In this document: positions 1 to 11,267 of the stretch, one piece after another
Layout of the letters: every line of letters starts with the position of its first letter
Position numbering within the stretch: the first letter of the stretch is position 1
From: Eubacteriales bacterium
GTDB lineage: Bacteria; Bacillota; Clostridia; Oscillospirales; CAG-382
Length of the DNA stretch: 64,000 nt
Direction: 5' to 3'
NCBI GenBank assembly: GCA_045540015.1
Contig: JAZQGP010000013.1
Coordinates: 9,100-73,099 of the forward strand
Program-made: the position numbers and the translations under genes
The notes under the pieces: generated by a model
Told to the model about the DNA's origin: nothing
Database searches by the model: none
The model's input: the letters and a program-made list of their open reading frames with translations, nothing else

Positions 1-660
1 TCATTTCGGACACACCTCGATAACGCCGTCCGACGGATGGGTTCACATTGAAAAGACTTTTACGGTGAAAAATATTGATGAATACACAAAACATGCAGTC
101 GGTATTTTTTGCGATCCGACAAGCTCGGGAAAATCAGCGGTATTTATGGTGGATAACATGCAGATTTGGAATGCCGATGATCCGCTTGGACTTGGTCCTG
201 CAAACGCAGAAACCGAAACCGAAGAAACGACAAAATTTGTTACGTCCGGTGCGGCTCTTTCCGTAGCAGAGGATTTAGGTCCGAATAACACGGATAAAAA
301 CCATGTTTACCTTGTAACAGGAAGCAGCGATTATAATTACGTGTTCTTCAGACATCCGGTTCTCTTCAGAAAGGGTGAAACCTACAAAATAGCTTTTGAC
401 ATAAAGCTTGTAAGTGACTGTGAGGGCAACACAGATGTGCAAACAAAGGTTGTATGCAATTTTGAGTATCTCGATTCGGTTTACGGAAGAACTGACAACG
501 GGCATCATTTCGGACACACCTCGATAACGCCGTCCGACGGATGGGTTCACATTGAAAAGACTTTTACGGTGAAAAATATTGATGAATACACAAAACATGC
601 AGTCGGTCTTTTCTGCGACCCGACAAGCTCGGGAAAATCCGCGGTGTTTATGGTGGATAA
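1..660 (+). repeat. Intragenic direct repeat, 1-156 vs 505-660 (period 504 bp)
   Basis: Bases 1-103 are identical to 505-607; 5 mismatches over 156 bp, mostly synonymous. Confidence 0.95.
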
Positions 661-685
661 TTATGCGGTAACGCAAGTGGAGTAA
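1..685 (+). CDS. 3' part of a protein with tandem ~168-aa galactose-binding-like (CBM4/9-like) beta-sandwich domains; 5'-truncated by the window edge
   Basis: Frame is open from base 2 (HFGHTSITPSDGWVHIEKTFTVKN...) to TAA at 683-685. Motifs GETYKIAFDIK, GWVHIEKTFTV and FMVDN are typical of CBM-like sandwiches. The segment recurs 504 bp later. Confidence 0.6.
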   Translation, partial: HFGHTSITPSDGWVHIEKTFTVKNIDEYTKHAVGIFCDPTSSGKSAVFMVDNMQIWNADDPLGLGPANAETETEETTKFVTSGAALSVAEDLGPNNTDKNHVYLVTGSSDYNYVFFRHPVLFRKGETYKIAFDIKLVSDCEGNTDVQTKVVCNFEYLDSVYGRTDNGHHFGHTSITPSDGWVHIEKTFTVKNIDEYTKHAVGLFCDPTSSGKSAVFMVDNYAVTQVE

Positions 686-721
686 TCTGTGTTGTACGGA
701 TACTAAAGTAAATAAAATGAG

Positions 722-750
722 CAAAGGGATGCTGATTTGGCATCCTTTTG
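722..750 (+). terminator. Probable intrinsic terminator
   Basis: CAAAGGGATGC..GCATCCTTTTG stem after the stop of the upstream gene. Confidence 0.65.
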
Positions 751-838
751 TTAAAAAACAGTATTTGTGTAGATTTTTTCGGAAAAGTATGATACAATAA
801 GAAAAATAAAAGTTTTCTCCTTGAAAGGATTGGTTCAT

Positions 839-1171
839 ATGAAAAGAATTTTTGTGACATTGAGTGTGCTTGTTTGCATTCTTCTTTGCTCCTGCTCGGG
901 CAATGACAAAGCATCAATTGTGGGCAAATGGGTGGATACTGCAACCGAGCAGACAATCGAATACACTTCCGACGGATACTACTATGAATACATAAACGAG
1001 AATTTTACAACCGACAAGACAAACTACAAAGCTGACGGAGAAAAAATTATATATTATATCGAGGGAGAACCCGAATCGGAATTTTCAGTGCAATATACAC
1101 TTGATGGCGACACGCTCATTATTGGCGAAAAAATTGAGTACAGACGCCTTGTAATATCAGAAAACAACTAA
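839..1171 (+). CDS. Small lipoprotein, lipocalin-like/DUF5640-type
   Basis: MKRIFVTLSVLVCILLCSC lipobox, SIVGKW motif, YTLDGDTLII; RBS AAAGGA upstream of ATG 839. Confidence 0.7.
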   Translation: MKRIFVTLSVLVCILLCSCSGNDKASIVGKWVDTATEQTIEYTSDGYYYEYINENFTTDKTNYKADGEKIIYYIEGEPESEFSVQYTLDGDTLIIGEKIEYRRLVISENN

Positions 1172-1195
1172 ATAATACGTGAAACAAGAGGTAAA

Positions 1196-1630
1196 ATGAA
1201 AGAAGTAACATTATATACAGACGGTGCCTGCAGCGGAAATCCCGGTCCCGGAGGCTGGGGTGCAATACTTGTCTATATGCAATATAAAAAGGAAATGAGC
1301 GGCGGCGAAAAAAACACCACAAATAACCGTATGGAGCTTATGGCGGCAATTGAGGGACTCTCTGCACTAAAGGAGCCGTGCAAAGTAAAGCTTGTATCGG
1401 ATTCAAAATATCTTATTGACGGACTGAGTCTCGGTTGGGCGCGTTCGTGGAAAAGCAAGGGCTGGAAAAAATCCGACGGGAAACAGGCACTTAATATTGA
1501 ATTGTGGGAAAAGTTACTTTCGCTTGAAGATTATCATACCATTGAATATGAGTGGGTAAAAGGGCATGCAGGGCATCCGTATAACGAAAGATGTGACCAA
1601 ATGGCGGTTGCGGAATATTCCAAGCTGTAA
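1196..1630 (+). CDS. rnhA: Ribonuclease HI
   Basis: [43 protein letters not shown] motifs. Confidence 0.98.
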   Translation: MKEVTLYTDGACSGNPGPGGWGAILVYMQYKKEMSGGEKNTTNNRMELMAAIEGLSALKEPCKVKLVSDSKYLIDGLSLGWARSWKSKGWKKSDGKQALNIELWEKLLSLEDYHTIEYEWVKGHAGHPYNERCDQMAVAEYSKL

Positions 1631-1655
1631 GCAATTGAAAATATTATTTGTATAT

Positions 1656-1686
1656 AGGAGGAACGGTTGAGAGTTTCCTCCTTTTT
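1656..1686 (+). terminator. Intrinsic terminator after rnhA
   Basis: AGGAGGAAC...GTTTCCTCCT followed by a T-tract. Confidence 0.75.
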
Positions 1687-1761
1687 GTCTGCATAAAAGT
1701 TGATAATTAGACTACAATTTGTAAACAATCTGTTATATTGGGATTAAATTCCAAAAACCTC

Positions 1762-1790
1762 TTGACAAAACGGAGAAAAATCGCTATAGT
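1762..1790 (+). promoter_or_regulatory. SigA promoter of rpoBC
   Basis: TTGACA-17 nt-TATAGT. Confidence 0.75.
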
Positions 1791-1899
1791 AATATACTGC
1801 ATTATAATCGAGTAGTAGTCTGCTCTGACAGCAGCAGACGGTTGCTGCTCATACGTAAAAAACAAAACGACCGAGAAGTGAATGGAGTGATTGCATACC

Positions 1900-4800
1900 A
1901 TGGTGAAGCCTTGCAAACTCGGCAACAACATCAGGTACAGCTTTTCAAAAATTGATGAAAAGCTTGAAATGCCAAACCTCATAGAGGTTCAGAAGGAATC
2001 CTACGAATGGTTCCTCGGCGACGGTATGAAAGAGGTTCTTGAGGATGTATCTCCGCTTGTGGACTACACCGGAAACCTTTTCATCGAATTTGTGGATTAC
2101 AAAATCGACAAAACGCCGAAGTATTCCGTTGAGGAATGTAAGGAGAGAGACGTTAACTACGCAGCACATCTGCGCGTTACCGTAAGACTCACGAACAAGG
2201 AAACGGGCGAAGTAAAGGAATCTGAAGTTTTCATGGGCGATTTCCCGCTTATGACAGAACAGGGAACCTTTGTTATCAACGGTGCGGAACGAGTTGTCGT
2301 TTCGCAGATTGTGCGTTCTCCCGGTATATATTATGAAGCAACCGATGATAAGTCCGGCAAAAAGCTTCATGCTGCCACGGTTATTCCTTACAGAGGAGCG
2401 TGGCTTGAATACGAGACAGACGCAAACGACATATTCTATGTACGTATAGACAAGAACAGAAAGCTTCCCGTTACTGTTTTCCTCCGTGCACTCGGTCTTT
2501 CAACAGATAAAGATCTTCTTGCAGTCTTTGGTGATGACGAAAAGCTCAAGGCTACAATGACCAAAGACCTTATGGAGAGCGAAGCTGAAAAGAAGGGAAC
2601 AACTCCTCAGGACGAGTCCCTTAAGGAAATCTATAAGAAGCTCCGTCCCGGTGATCCTGCAATTGTTGAAAGTGCGCAGCTTCTTATAAACAATCTCTTT
2701 TTTGATGCAAAGCGTTATGACATCTCTGCTGTAGGAAGATACAAGTTCAACAAAAAGCTTGCTCTCGGCAGAAGAATTGCAGGCTTTAAGCTTGCAAGCC
2801 CTGCAGTTAACCCCTTCACGGGCGAAATTCTCTTTGACGAGGGAACTCTTCTCAGCCGCGAAATGGCGCAGCAAATCGAGGACGCCGGAATTTCCGAAGT
2901 GCTTCTCTATACTCAGGACGTTGAAACCCCCACTGTGTTCAAGGTATTCACTAATAAGATGGCATACATTGACAAGCTCGGTGTTGTTCCTGCAGGCTAT
3001 GATCTTTCCTCTCTTAATATAGAAGAAAGAGTTCATACCGAAGTTTTGAAGGAAATTTTCGAGTCCACTTCTAACGAAGAAGAATTTATTGCGGCTTTCA
3101 ATGAAAGAAGACTTGAGCTTATTCCTAAGCACATCACACGCGAAGATATTTATGCTTCCGTTAACTATATGCTCTGCTTGTCGCACAGTTGCGGCACCGT
3201 AGACGACATTGACCATCTCGGAAACAGAAGACTTCGCTCTGTAGGTGAGCTTCTTCAGAACCAGATGAGAATCGGCTTTACCCGTATGGAAAAAATCGTT
3301 AAAGAACGTATGACCATGCAGGATACCGAAAACCTCACTCCTCAGAGCATAATCAACATAAGACCAATTGTTTCGGCAATCAAGGAATTCTTCGGTTCAT
3401 CACCGCTGTCACAGTTCATGGACCAGTCAAATCCCCTTGCCGAGCTTACCCACAAGAGACGTTTGTCCGCTCTCGGTCCGGGCGGTCTGTCGCGTGACAG
3501 AGCTTCCTTTGAAGTTCGAGACGTTCACTATACCCATTACGGACGTATGTGTCCTATCGAAACGCCTGAAGGTCCTAACATCGGTCTTATTTCCTATCTT
3601 TCCACCTATGCAAAGATAAATAAGTACGGATTTATAGAAGCGCCTTACCGTAAGGTTGATAAGGAAACCGGCGTTGTAACTGACGAAGTTATCTATATGA
3701 CAGCCGATGTCGAGGATGAATACGTTGTAGCTCAGGCAAACGAACCTCTTAACGAGGATGGAACCTTTAAGAACAACAGAGTAACTGTTCGTATACGCGA
3801 GGAAATCACCGAGGTTGAAAAAGAACGTGTTGATTACATGGACGTTTCGCCTAAGATGGTGGTATCTGTTGCAACTGCAATGATTCCCTTCCTTGAAAAC
3901 GACGACAACTCCCGTGCACTCATGGGTTCAAACATGCAGAAGCAGGCAGTTCCGCTTATGATGACTGAAAGCCCGATTGTAGGTACAGGTATGGAATACA
4001 AGGCGGCGGTAGATTCAGGCGTTGTTGTCTGCGCTGAAAAGGACGGTATTGTTGAAAAGGCAAGCGGAGATACAATCACTATCCGCGAGGACGACGGCAA
4101 CCGTCATGAATACCATCTTATTAAGTTTAAGAGAAGTAACCAGGGAACCTGCGTAAACCAGAGACCTATCGTCTTCAAGGGCGACAGAGTTACAAAGGGA
4201 CAGGTTATTGCAGACGGTCCTGCAACAAACAACGGTGAAATTTCTCTCGGTAAGAACGCACTTATCGGATTTATGACCTGGGAAGGTTATAACTACGAGG
4301 ATGCTGTTCTCCTTAACGAAAGACTAGTAAGAAACGATGTTTACACATCTATCCATATTGAAGAATATTCCCACGAAGCAAGAGATACAAAGCTTGGTCC
4401 GGAGGAAATTACACGCGACATACCAAATGTCGGTGAGGATGCGCTCAAAAACCTCACAGCAGGCGGTATAGTATGTATCGGTGCCGAGGTTCACGCAGGC
4501 GACATTCTTGTAGGTAAGGTAACACCCAAGGGTGAAACTGAGCTTACCGCAGAAGAAAGACTTCTCCGTGCAATCTTCGGTGAAAAGGCAAGAGAAGTAA
4601 GAGATACATCCCTCAGACTGCCTCACGGTGAGAGCGGTATTGTAGTAGATGTACGCGAGTTTTCAAGGGATAACTCCGACGAGCTTCCTCCCGGAGTAAA
4701 CAGAGTTGTAAGAGTATATATCGCACAGAAGAGAAAGATTTCTGTCGGAGATAAAATGGCGGGTCGTCACGGTAACAAGGGTGTCGTTTCGCGCATTCTT

Positions 4801-5652
4801 CCTCCTGAGGATATGCCGTTCCTTGAAGACGGAACTCCTCTTGATATCGTTCTTAATCCTCTGGGCGTTCCTTCCCGAATGAATATCGGACAGGTGCTTG
4901 AAGTGCATCTCGGTATTGCGGCAAAGAAGCTCGGCTGGAAGATTATGACTCCCGTATTCGATGGTGCAAACGAGCAGGATATCGCAGAATGTCTTGAAAA
5001 GGCGGGTATGCGTCCCGACGGTAAGAGCATCCTTTACGACGGACGTACGGGTGAGCCTTTTGATAACCCCGTAACGGTAGGTATCATGTATTACCTCAAG
5101 CTCCATCACCTTGTCGATGATAAGATTCATGCACGTTCTACCGGTCCTTACTCCATGGTAACGCAGCAGCCTCTCGGTGGTAAAGCACAGTTCGGCGGAC
5201 AGCGTTTCGGAGAAATGGAAGTTTGGGCACTCGAGGCATACGGTGCTGCTTATACGCTTCAGGAAATCCTTACAGTTAAGTCAGACGATATCGTGGGACG
5301 TGTTAAGGCATATGAAGCAATCATAAAGGGACAAAACATCCCGACTCCCGGTGTACCTGAATCCTTCAAGGTGCTTATCCGTGAGCTTCAGTCACTCGCA
5401 CTTGACGTTCGCGTTCTTGATAAGGACGGAAACGAGATAGTTCTCAAGGACAGCAGTGCGGAAGAGCTTGAAAACATCAGAAACGTAGTTCCCGAGGATC
5501 TCGGTGCAAGCGTTTCCGAAGGAGAAAACTTTGACGGTTATACCTTCGAAGATGAAAACGGCGACCCGATTGAAGAAGATGAAGACGAGTTCGACGATTT
5601 CGACAGCGATGAAGATTTCTTCAAGGATCGCGAGCCTGACGGCGACTTTTAA
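1900..5652 (+). CDS. rpoB: RNA polymerase beta subunit (alternative TTG start at 1891)
   Basis: [60 protein letters not shown]. Confidence 0.99.
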   Translation: MVKPCKLGNNIRYSFSKIDEKLEMPNLIEVQKESYEWFLGDGMKEVLEDVSPLVDYTGNLFIEFVDYKIDKTPKYSVEECKERDVNYAAHLRVTVRLTNKETGEVKESEVFMGDFPLMTEQGTFVINGAERVVVSQIVRSPGIYYEATDDKSGKKLHAATVIPYRGAWLEYETDANDIFYVRIDKNRKLPVTVFLRALGLSTDKDLLAVFGDDEKLKATMTKDLMESEAEKKGTTPQDESLKEIYKKLRPGDPAIVESAQLLINNLFFDAKRYDISAVGRYKFNKKLALGRRIAGFKLASPAVNPFTGEILFDEGTLLSREMAQQIEDAGISEVLLYTQDVETPTVFKVFTNKMAYIDKLGVVPAGYDLSSLNIEERVHTEVLKEIFESTSNEEEFIAAFNERRLELIPKHITREDIYASVNYMLCLSHSCGTVDDIDHLGNRRLRSVGELLQNQMRIGFTRMEKIVKERMTMQDTENLTPQSIINIRPIVSAIKEFFGSSPLSQFMDQSNPLAELTHKRRLSALGPGGLSRDRASFEVRDVHYTHYGRMCPIETPEGPNIGLISYLSTYAKINKYGFIEAPYRKVDKETGVVTDEVIYMTADVEDEYVVAQANEPLNEDGTFKNNRVTVRIREEITEVEKERVDYMDVSPKMVVSVATAMIPFLENDDNSRALMGSNMQKQAVPLMMTESPIVGTGMEYKAAVDSGVVVCAEKDGIVEKASGDTITIREDDGNRHEYHLIKFKRSNQGTCVNQRPIVFKGDRVTKGQVIADGPATNNGEISLGKNALIGFMTWEGYNYEDAVLLNERLVRNDVYTSIHIEEYSHEARDTKLGPEEITRDIPNVGEDALKNLTAGGIVCIGAEVHAGDILVGKVTPKGETELTAEERLLRAIFGEKAREVRDTSLRLPHGESGIVVDVREFSRDNSDELPPGVNRVVRVYIAQKRKISVGDKMAGRHGNKGVVSRILPPEDMPFLEDGTPLDIVLNPLGVPSRMNIGQVLEVHLGIAAKKLGWKIMTPVFDGANEQDIAECLEKAGMRPDGKSILYDGRTGEPFDNPVTVGIMYYLKLHHLVDDKIHARSTGPYSMVTQQPLGGKAQFGGQRFGEMEVWALEAYGAAYTLQEILTVKSDDIVGRVKAYEAIIKGQNIPTPGVPESFKVLIRELQSLALDVRVLDKDGNEIVLKDSSAEELENIRNVVPEDLGASVSEGENFDGYTFEDENGDPIEEDEDEFDDFDSDEDFFKDREPDGDF

Positions 5653-5697
5653 AATTCAAGCTCAAAAATATACCGAAAAGGAGCAAACTGAAAGCTA

Positions 5698-8600
5698 ATG
5701 GGACAGAATGAACACAACGCATTTGACGCGATAAAAATCGGCCTTGCTTCTCCTGAGCTTATGCGCTCATGGTCTTACGGAGAAGTTAAAAAGCCCGAAA
5801 CCATAAACTACAGAACCCTGAAACCCGAACGCGACGGTCTTTACTGCGAAAAAATCTTCGGCCCGACAAAGGACTGGGAATGTCATTGCGGAAAGTATAA
5901 GAGAGTGCGCTATAAGGGCAAGGTCTGCGAAAAATGCCATGTTGAAATAACAACCAATAAGGTGCGTCGTGAGAGAATGGGACATATTGAACTTGCATGC
6001 CCCGTCTCCCACATATGGTACTTCCGTGCAATACCCTCCAGAATGGGACTGCTTCTCGACATCTCTCCGAGAATGCTTGAAAAGGTACTGTATTTTGCAA
6101 GCTACATCGTAATTGATCCCGGTGAAGGTACCGGACTTGAAAAGATGCAGCTTCTTACAGAGCAGGAGTATCAGAAGGCCTATGAATACTACGGAAACGA
6201 TTTCCGTGTAGGCATGGGTGCTGAAGCAATCAAGGAATTGCTTCGCGAAATTGACTGTGAAGCACTTGCAGAAGAGCTCAAAACAGAGCTTGAAAACGCA
6301 GTCGGTCAGAAGAGAGTAAGAATTATCAAGAGACTTGAAGTTGTTGAAGCTTTCAGAGTTTCCGGTAACAAGCCCGAATGGATGATTCTCGACGTTGTTC
6401 CCGTTATTCCTCCGGATATCCGTCCGATGGTTCAGCTCGACGGCGGACGCTTTGCAACAAGCGACCTTAACGACCTGTACCGCAGAGTTATTAACAGAAA
6501 CAACAGACTTAAAAAGATGATGGAGCTTCATGCCCCTGAAATCATTATAAGAAACGAAAAACGTATGCTTCAGGAAGCGGTTGATGCCCTTATCGACAAC
6601 GGCCGACGCGGAAGAGCTGTAACAGGTCCGAGCAACAGACCGTTAAAATCTCTTTCCGAAATGCTCCGCGGTAAGCAGGGACGTTTCCGTCAGAACCTTC
6701 TTGGTAAGCGTGTTGACTATTCAGGCCGTTCGGTTATCGTTGTCGGTCCTGACCTCAAGATTTACCAGTGCGGTCTTCCTAAGGAAATGGCACTTGAGCT
6801 GTTTAAGCCTTTCGTTATGAAGCGTCTTGTTGAAACAGGCAAGGCATCAAATATCAAGGATGCTAAGAAAAAGGTTGAAAGAGTAAGTGCTGAGGTTTGG
6901 GATGCACTTGAACATGTTATCAAGGACCATCCCGTTCTTCTCAACCGTGCTCCTACACTTCACAGACTTTCCATTCAGGCATTCGAGCCTGTACTCGTAG
7001 AAGGTCGTGCAATCAAGCTTCATCCTCTTGTATGTACAGCGTTTAACGCGGACTTCGACGGCGACCAGATGCCTGTTCACGTTCCGCTTTCTGCTGAAGC
7101 ACAGGCGGAAGCACGTTTCCTCATGCTCTCGGCAAATAACCTCTTAAAGCCCGTTAACGGACGTGCTGTTACCGTTCCTTCTCAGGATATGGTTCTCGGT
7201 TCTTACTATCTTACACTCTTGAAGCACGGTGAACCGGGGGATGTTCGAATTGACGAAAACGGAAACGAGATTTACAGAACCTTCCGTAACTTCGACGAGG
7301 CTATGATGGCATATTCCGTAGGCGAACTCGGACTTCATTCTCCGATTAAGGTTCGTGTTGAAAAGGAAATGCCCGACGGCACTGTTAAATCCGGACTTAT
7401 AAATGCAACTCTCGGTCGTCTTATCTTTAACCAGCCCATTCCTCAGGATCTTCACTTTATCGAGAGAAACGGCGAGAATGAGCTTGACCTTGAGATTAAC
7501 TTCGTTGTTACCAAAGATGAACTCGGTCAGATTGTTGACAGATGTATCAAGTATCATGGTATTTCCCGTACAGCAGAAGTGCTTGACGATATCAAGTCCA
7601 TGGGTTATAAGTATTCAACCCGCGGTTCTATTTCAATCTCAGTATACGATATGACCGTTCCTCCTCAGAAGAAGGTTATTATCGCAGAGGGCGAAAAGCA
7701 GGTTGAGGTTATTTCCAAGATGTATAAGCGCGGTCTTCTCTCCAACGAAGAAAGAAGAGAACGTGTTATCAAGGTTTGGGAAGACGCAACCAAGGACGTT
7801 ACAAATGCACTTCAGGCAAACCTCGACGAGTTCAACTCCATCAAGATGATGGCGGATTCCGGTGCTCGAGGCTCCATAAAGCAGATAAGACAGCTTGCAG
7901 GTATGCGCGGACTTATGGCATCTACCTCAGGTAAAACAATCGAACTTCCGATTAAGGCTAACTTCCGTGAAGGTCTTAACATTTTGGAATACTTCATCGC
8001 TGCACGTGGTGCACGTAAAGGTCTTGCGGATACAGCTCTTCGTACAGCTGACTCCGGTTACCTTACAAGACGTCTTGTTGATGTTTCTCAGGACGTTATT
8101 GTACGTGAAGAGAACTGCCACGACACAACAGGTCTTTGGGTTGAAACAATACGCGACAACAACGAAATTATCGAGCCTCTTGCAGACAGACTTCTCGGCA
8201 GATATGTTATCGGCGATATTACTCACCCCGAAACAGGCGAGATTATTGCTCATGACGATACAATGCTGAGCGAAGCACAGGTTGACCGCATAATTGCGGC
8301 AGGAATCGAAAAGGTTCATGTGCGTTCAGTTCTCAACTGTCATGCAAAGCACGGTACTTGTGTACACTGCTACGGTGCAGACCTTGCATCCGGAATGCCT
8401 GTTAACATTGGTGAATCCGTCGGTATTATCGCGGCTCAGTCTATCGGTGAACCCGGTACACAGCTTACAATGCGTACCTTCCATACAGGTGGTGTCGCAG
8501 GAAGCGATATTACTCAGGGTCTTCCCAGAGTTGAAGAGCTCTTTGAAGCAAGAAAGCCCAAGAAGACAAGTGTTGTTGCTGACTTTGACGGTGATATCAG

Positions 8601-9447
8601 CATAACCGAGGACAAGAAGGCAAGACACGTTAAGCTCACAAGTATTTCCGGCGAGGAAAAGGTTTACCTTATTCCCTTCGGAACAAGAATGGTTGTCCAG
8701 GACGGCGACAGCGTAACACGCGGTCAGAGTCTTACAGAAGGTAATATAAGCCCTGCGGATATTCTCCGTATTAACGGTCTTGATGCAGTTTACAGCTATA
8801 TCATCAAGGAAGTTCAGCGTGTGTACAGACTCCAGGGTGTTGATATCAACGACAAGCATATTGAAGTTATTGCGCGTCAGATGACAAGAAAGGTTAAGAT
8901 CGAGCATCCCGGTTCTACCGATATGCTTATCGGCTCTCTTGTTGATGTAACTGAATTTGACGAAAAGAACGCAGAAATCAGAAAGAGACTTGAAGCAGGC
9001 GAAGTCGGAATTGCAGAAGCGGTTTGCTCTCCTGTTCTCTTCGGTATTACAAAGGCATCGCTCTCAACCGAGTCCTTTATGTCAGCTGCCTCCTTCCAGG
9101 AAACCACAAAGGTTCTTACCGAGGCTGCTATCAGAGGTAAGGTTGACCACCTTATCGGTCTTAAGGAAAATGTTATCATCGGTAAGCTTATTCCGGCTGG
9201 TACGGGTATGCAGATGTACCGTGACATTGAAATTACCGACAAGCACGGAGAACCTCTTGAGGTTGAAGAGGAAGAGCCTGAAAGCAAGTATGCGGATTTC
9301 GCAAGTGAAATTGCTTCCATTGCCGCACAGGGTGACGACGAGGATGACGACTTTGATTCTCATGATGACCTTGCAGAGGCACTTCTTGAAAGCTTTGACA
9401 AGTCAATAGACGAGCTTGATGAAGAAGCAGAGTCCGACGGTGAATAA
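5698..9447 (+). CDS. rpoC: RNA polymerase beta' subunit
   Basis: Zinc-finger [24 protein letters not shown], catalytic [20 protein letters not shown]. Confidence 0.99.
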   Translation: MGQNEHNAFDAIKIGLASPELMRSWSYGEVKKPETINYRTLKPERDGLYCEKIFGPTKDWECHCGKYKRVRYKGKVCEKCHVEITTNKVRRERMGHIELACPVSHIWYFRAIPSRMGLLLDISPRMLEKVLYFASYIVIDPGEGTGLEKMQLLTEQEYQKAYEYYGNDFRVGMGAEAIKELLREIDCEALAEELKTELENAVGQKRVRIIKRLEVVEAFRVSGNKPEWMILDVVPVIPPDIRPMVQLDGGRFATSDLNDLYRRVINRNNRLKKMMELHAPEIIIRNEKRMLQEAVDALIDNGRRGRAVTGPSNRPLKSLSEMLRGKQGRFRQNLLGKRVDYSGRSVIVVGPDLKIYQCGLPKEMALELFKPFVMKRLVETGKASNIKDAKKKVERVSAEVWDALEHVIKDHPVLLNRAPTLHRLSIQAFEPVLVEGRAIKLHPLVCTAFNADFDGDQMPVHVPLSAEAQAEARFLMLSANNLLKPVNGRAVTVPSQDMVLGSYYLTLLKHGEPGDVRIDENGNEIYRTFRNFDEAMMAYSVGELGLHSPIKVRVEKEMPDGTVKSGLINATLGRLIFNQPIPQDLHFIERNGENELDLEINFVVTKDELGQIVDRCIKYHGISRTAEVLDDIKSMGYKYSTRGSISISVYDMTVPPQKKVIIAEGEKQVEVISKMYKRGLLSNEERRERVIKVWEDATKDVTNALQANLDEFNSIKMMADSGARGSIKQIRQLAGMRGLMASTSGKTIELPIKANFREGLNILEYFIAARGARKGLADTALRTADSGYLTRRLVDVSQDVIVREENCHDTTGLWVETIRDNNEIIEPLADRLLGRYVIGDITHPETGEIIAHDDTMLSEAQVDRIIAAGIEKVHVRSVLNCHAKHGTCVHCYGADLASGMPVNIGESVGIIAAQSIGEPGTQLTMRTFHTGGVAGSDITQGLPRVEELFEARKPKKTSVVADFDGDISITEDKKARHVKLTSISGEEKVYLIPFGTRMVVQDGDSVTRGQSLTEGNISPADILRINGLDAVYSYIIKEVQRVYRLQGVDINDKHIEVIARQMTRKVKIEHPGSTDMLIGSLVDVTEFDEKNAEIRKRLEAGEVGIAEAVCSPVLFGITKASLSTESFMSAASFQETTKVLTEAAIRGKVDHLIGLKENVIIGKLIPAGTGMQMYRDIEITDKHGEPLEVEEEEPESKYADFASEIASIAAQGDDEDDDFDSHDDLAEALLESFDKSIDELDEEAESDGE

Positions 9448-9464
9448 TTCATAGAACAAAAAAC

Positions 9465-9505
9465 GCACCTGCCGAAGAACAAAGCTTTGGCGGGTGCTTA
9501 CTTTT
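9465..9505 (+). terminator. Terminator after rpoC
   Basis: GCACCTGCCGAAG...CTTTGGCGGGTGC followed by TTACTTTT. Confidence 0.75.
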
Positions 9506-9528
9506 AAACAGGAAAGGAATTTTGAAAA

Positions 9529-10002
9529 ATGACAGCTACAATTACAATGCAAAACGGAAAAACAATGATTCTTGAGCTTTATCCCGAAATAGCTCCCATA
9601 ACGGTTGAAAATTTCGTAAAGCTTGCAAAGGAAGGCTTCTATGACGGACTTATATTCCACAGAGTAATAGAGGGCTTTATGATTCAGGGCGGAGACCCCG
9701 ACGGAACAGGTTGCGGCGGTCCCGGCTATTCAATCAAAGGTGAATTTGCCGCAAACGGTGTAAAGAACGACCTCAAACACACAAGAGGCGTTATTTCCAT
9801 GGCACGTGCAATGGACCCCAATTCCGCAGGAAGCCAGTTCTTTATCATGCACGAAGATGCTCCTCACCTTGACGGTCAGTACGCTGCATTCGGTAAGATG
9901 ACAGACGGCTTTGACACTCTTGACGAGATAGCCGAGACTGACACTGACAGAATGGACAGACCGAGAAACGAACAGAAAATACAGAGCATCACAATTGCGT
10001 AA
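9529..10002 (+). CDS. ppiB: Cyclophilin-type peptidyl-prolyl isomerase
   Basis: FHRVIEGFMIQGGDP, SMARAMDPNSAGSQFFI, HLDGQYAAFG. Confidence 0.95.
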   Translation: MTATITMQNGKTMILELYPEIAPITVENFVKLAKEGFYDGLIFHRVIEGFMIQGGDPDGTGCGGPGYSIKGEFAANGVKNDLKHTRGVISMARAMDPNSAGSQFFIMHEDAPHLDGQYAAFGKMTDGFDTLDEIAETDTDRMDRPRNEQKIQSITIA

Positions 10003-10924
10003 AATCGGTAAAAATACTTTTGTCGCATTCGGGCGGCGAGTAGTCCCAGCGTGAGATGCTGCTGCCTGTGTAAAAATATTCGGGTGCCTTGGGGGATATA
10101 CGACGCGAGGAAAGGTCTACTATAACGAGTTTTACTTTCATTTTTTCGGGAATTATGCTCTTTATGTAGACAGCTGCGCTTTGTCCTGCCAAGGCGTCTT
10201 CACACCATTCTGCAAGCCCTGCAAGATTTGGCGTGAGCTCGACAAAAATGCCGTACGGTTCGATGCTGCGAACAATTCCTGCGGCAGTCTGACCTGCGTT
10301 GAAAAGCGAGGCGTTTTCCTGCCAGGTGCCGAGAAGCTCTTTATGAGTGAGCATGATTCTGCCGGACACGCTGTCGCGGCTCTTTATTATACATTTTATG
10401 TACTGACCGTTGTAAAAGCGCTCCTTCGGATGGCTTATGCGTGAAACCGAAATACAGTCTACTGGTAGGAGTGAAACAATTCCGCAGCCTATGTCGCAGA
10501 AAACGCCGAAAGGCTCGGTGTGGGTTACCTTTGCGTCGGTTATATCTCCGGGACAAAGACGGGAAACATAATTCTCGTAGCACTCCTTCTGTGCAAGACG
10601 GCGGGATAGGATTACCCTGTACGGCACAGAAGTTTTGTCTATGGAAATAACCTTGAAGCAAACAGGCTTTCCGACTCTTGTTATTACTGCTATGTCGCGG
10701 ATTGGCTCGCCCGACGGCCTGTAAAGAGCTTCTTCTCGCGGAATTATACCTTTGTATTCTCCGAGCTCTACGGTGAGATTGTGGTATTCGTCGCAAAGCT
10801 CTGCACGAGATTCGAGAATTATACCTGCACTCATGGCATATTCAAGTCCTGAAAGACTTGAAATGTATTCGAAATTTTCCTGGGTGTCGAGAAGGCATCC
10901 TTCGGGACTGTAAAAATTTGACAT
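9989..10924 (-). CDS. S1 RNA-binding domain protein (three S1-like domains, Clostridial type)
   Basis: Repeated S1 motifs (AKVTHTEPFGVFCDIG, GIVRSIEPYGIFVELTPNLAGL). RBS GGAGG precedes ATG 10924. Confidence 0.85.
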   Translation of the reverse strand: MSNFYSPEGCLLDTQENFEYISSLSGLEYAMSAGIILESRAELCDEYHNLTVELGEYKGIIPREEALYRPSGEPIRDIAVITRVGKPVCFKVISIDKTSVPYRVILSRRLAQKECYENYVSRLCPGDITDAKVTHTEPFGVFCDIGCGIVSLLPVDCISVSRISHPKERFYNGQYIKCIIKSRDSVSGRIMLTHKELLGTWQENASLFNAGQTAAGIVRSIEPYGIFVELTPNLAGLAEWCEDALAGQSAAVYIKSIIPEKMKVKLVIVDLSSRRISPKAPEYFYTGSSISRWDYSPPECDKSIFTDFTQL

Positions 10925-10988
10925 TGATTTTACCTCCATTTGTTTTTTTACGCACAAATTTTCTTAAGAATCTGTCTCAAACTAATAC

Positions 10989-11018
10989 ATATGTATTTGG
11001 AAAACGCCGTTTTTATTC
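10989..11018 (-). promoter_or_regulatory. Putative sporulation sigma-E-like promoter of the S1 gene
   Basis: Minus strand gaATAAA-14 nt-AATAcatAT, the same architecture as upstream of spoIVA. Confidence 0.4.
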
Positions 11019-11169
11019 CCTTGCGGAGACAGAAATTGTTTTTTGTGGGGTAAAAAGCCGTACAGAGGCAGAACATGGTATCGGTCTTATTAACCGATTG
11101 TGCAATTTATCTAAAACAATACAAAAAAATTGTGCAAAACAGGAAAAGTTAAAATTCAAAAAATACCGA

Positions 11170-11198
11170 TTGATTATATTTGTTATTAGTGTTATAAT
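11170..11198 (+). promoter_or_regulatory. SigA promoter with extended -10 for the oppA-like gene
   Basis: TTGATT-17 nt-TATAAT with TGn. Confidence 0.65.
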
Positions 11199-11267
11199 AT
11201 GGTGTAACGGAATGCTGTGACGGCACAAAAATGTCGCAGCTTCAACATATTATGGGAGGAACCATTC

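Noticed and set aside
1-660. Near-identical repeat pair as a DGR template/variable region
   Set aside because: Mismatches are not adenine-specific and are mostly synonymous, both copies are in frame in one gene, and there is no reverse transcriptase in the window.
3385-3490. Rifampicin-resistance changes in RpoB cluster I
   Set aside because: Key Q, D, H, R and S positions are intact ([15 protein letters not shown]); SSPLS is to my knowledge a natural Clostridial variant.
10971-11033. TCTGTCTC/GAGACAGA inverted repeat around the S1 promoter as an invertible switch
   Set aside because: Only 8 bp, expected by chance, and no recombinase nearby.
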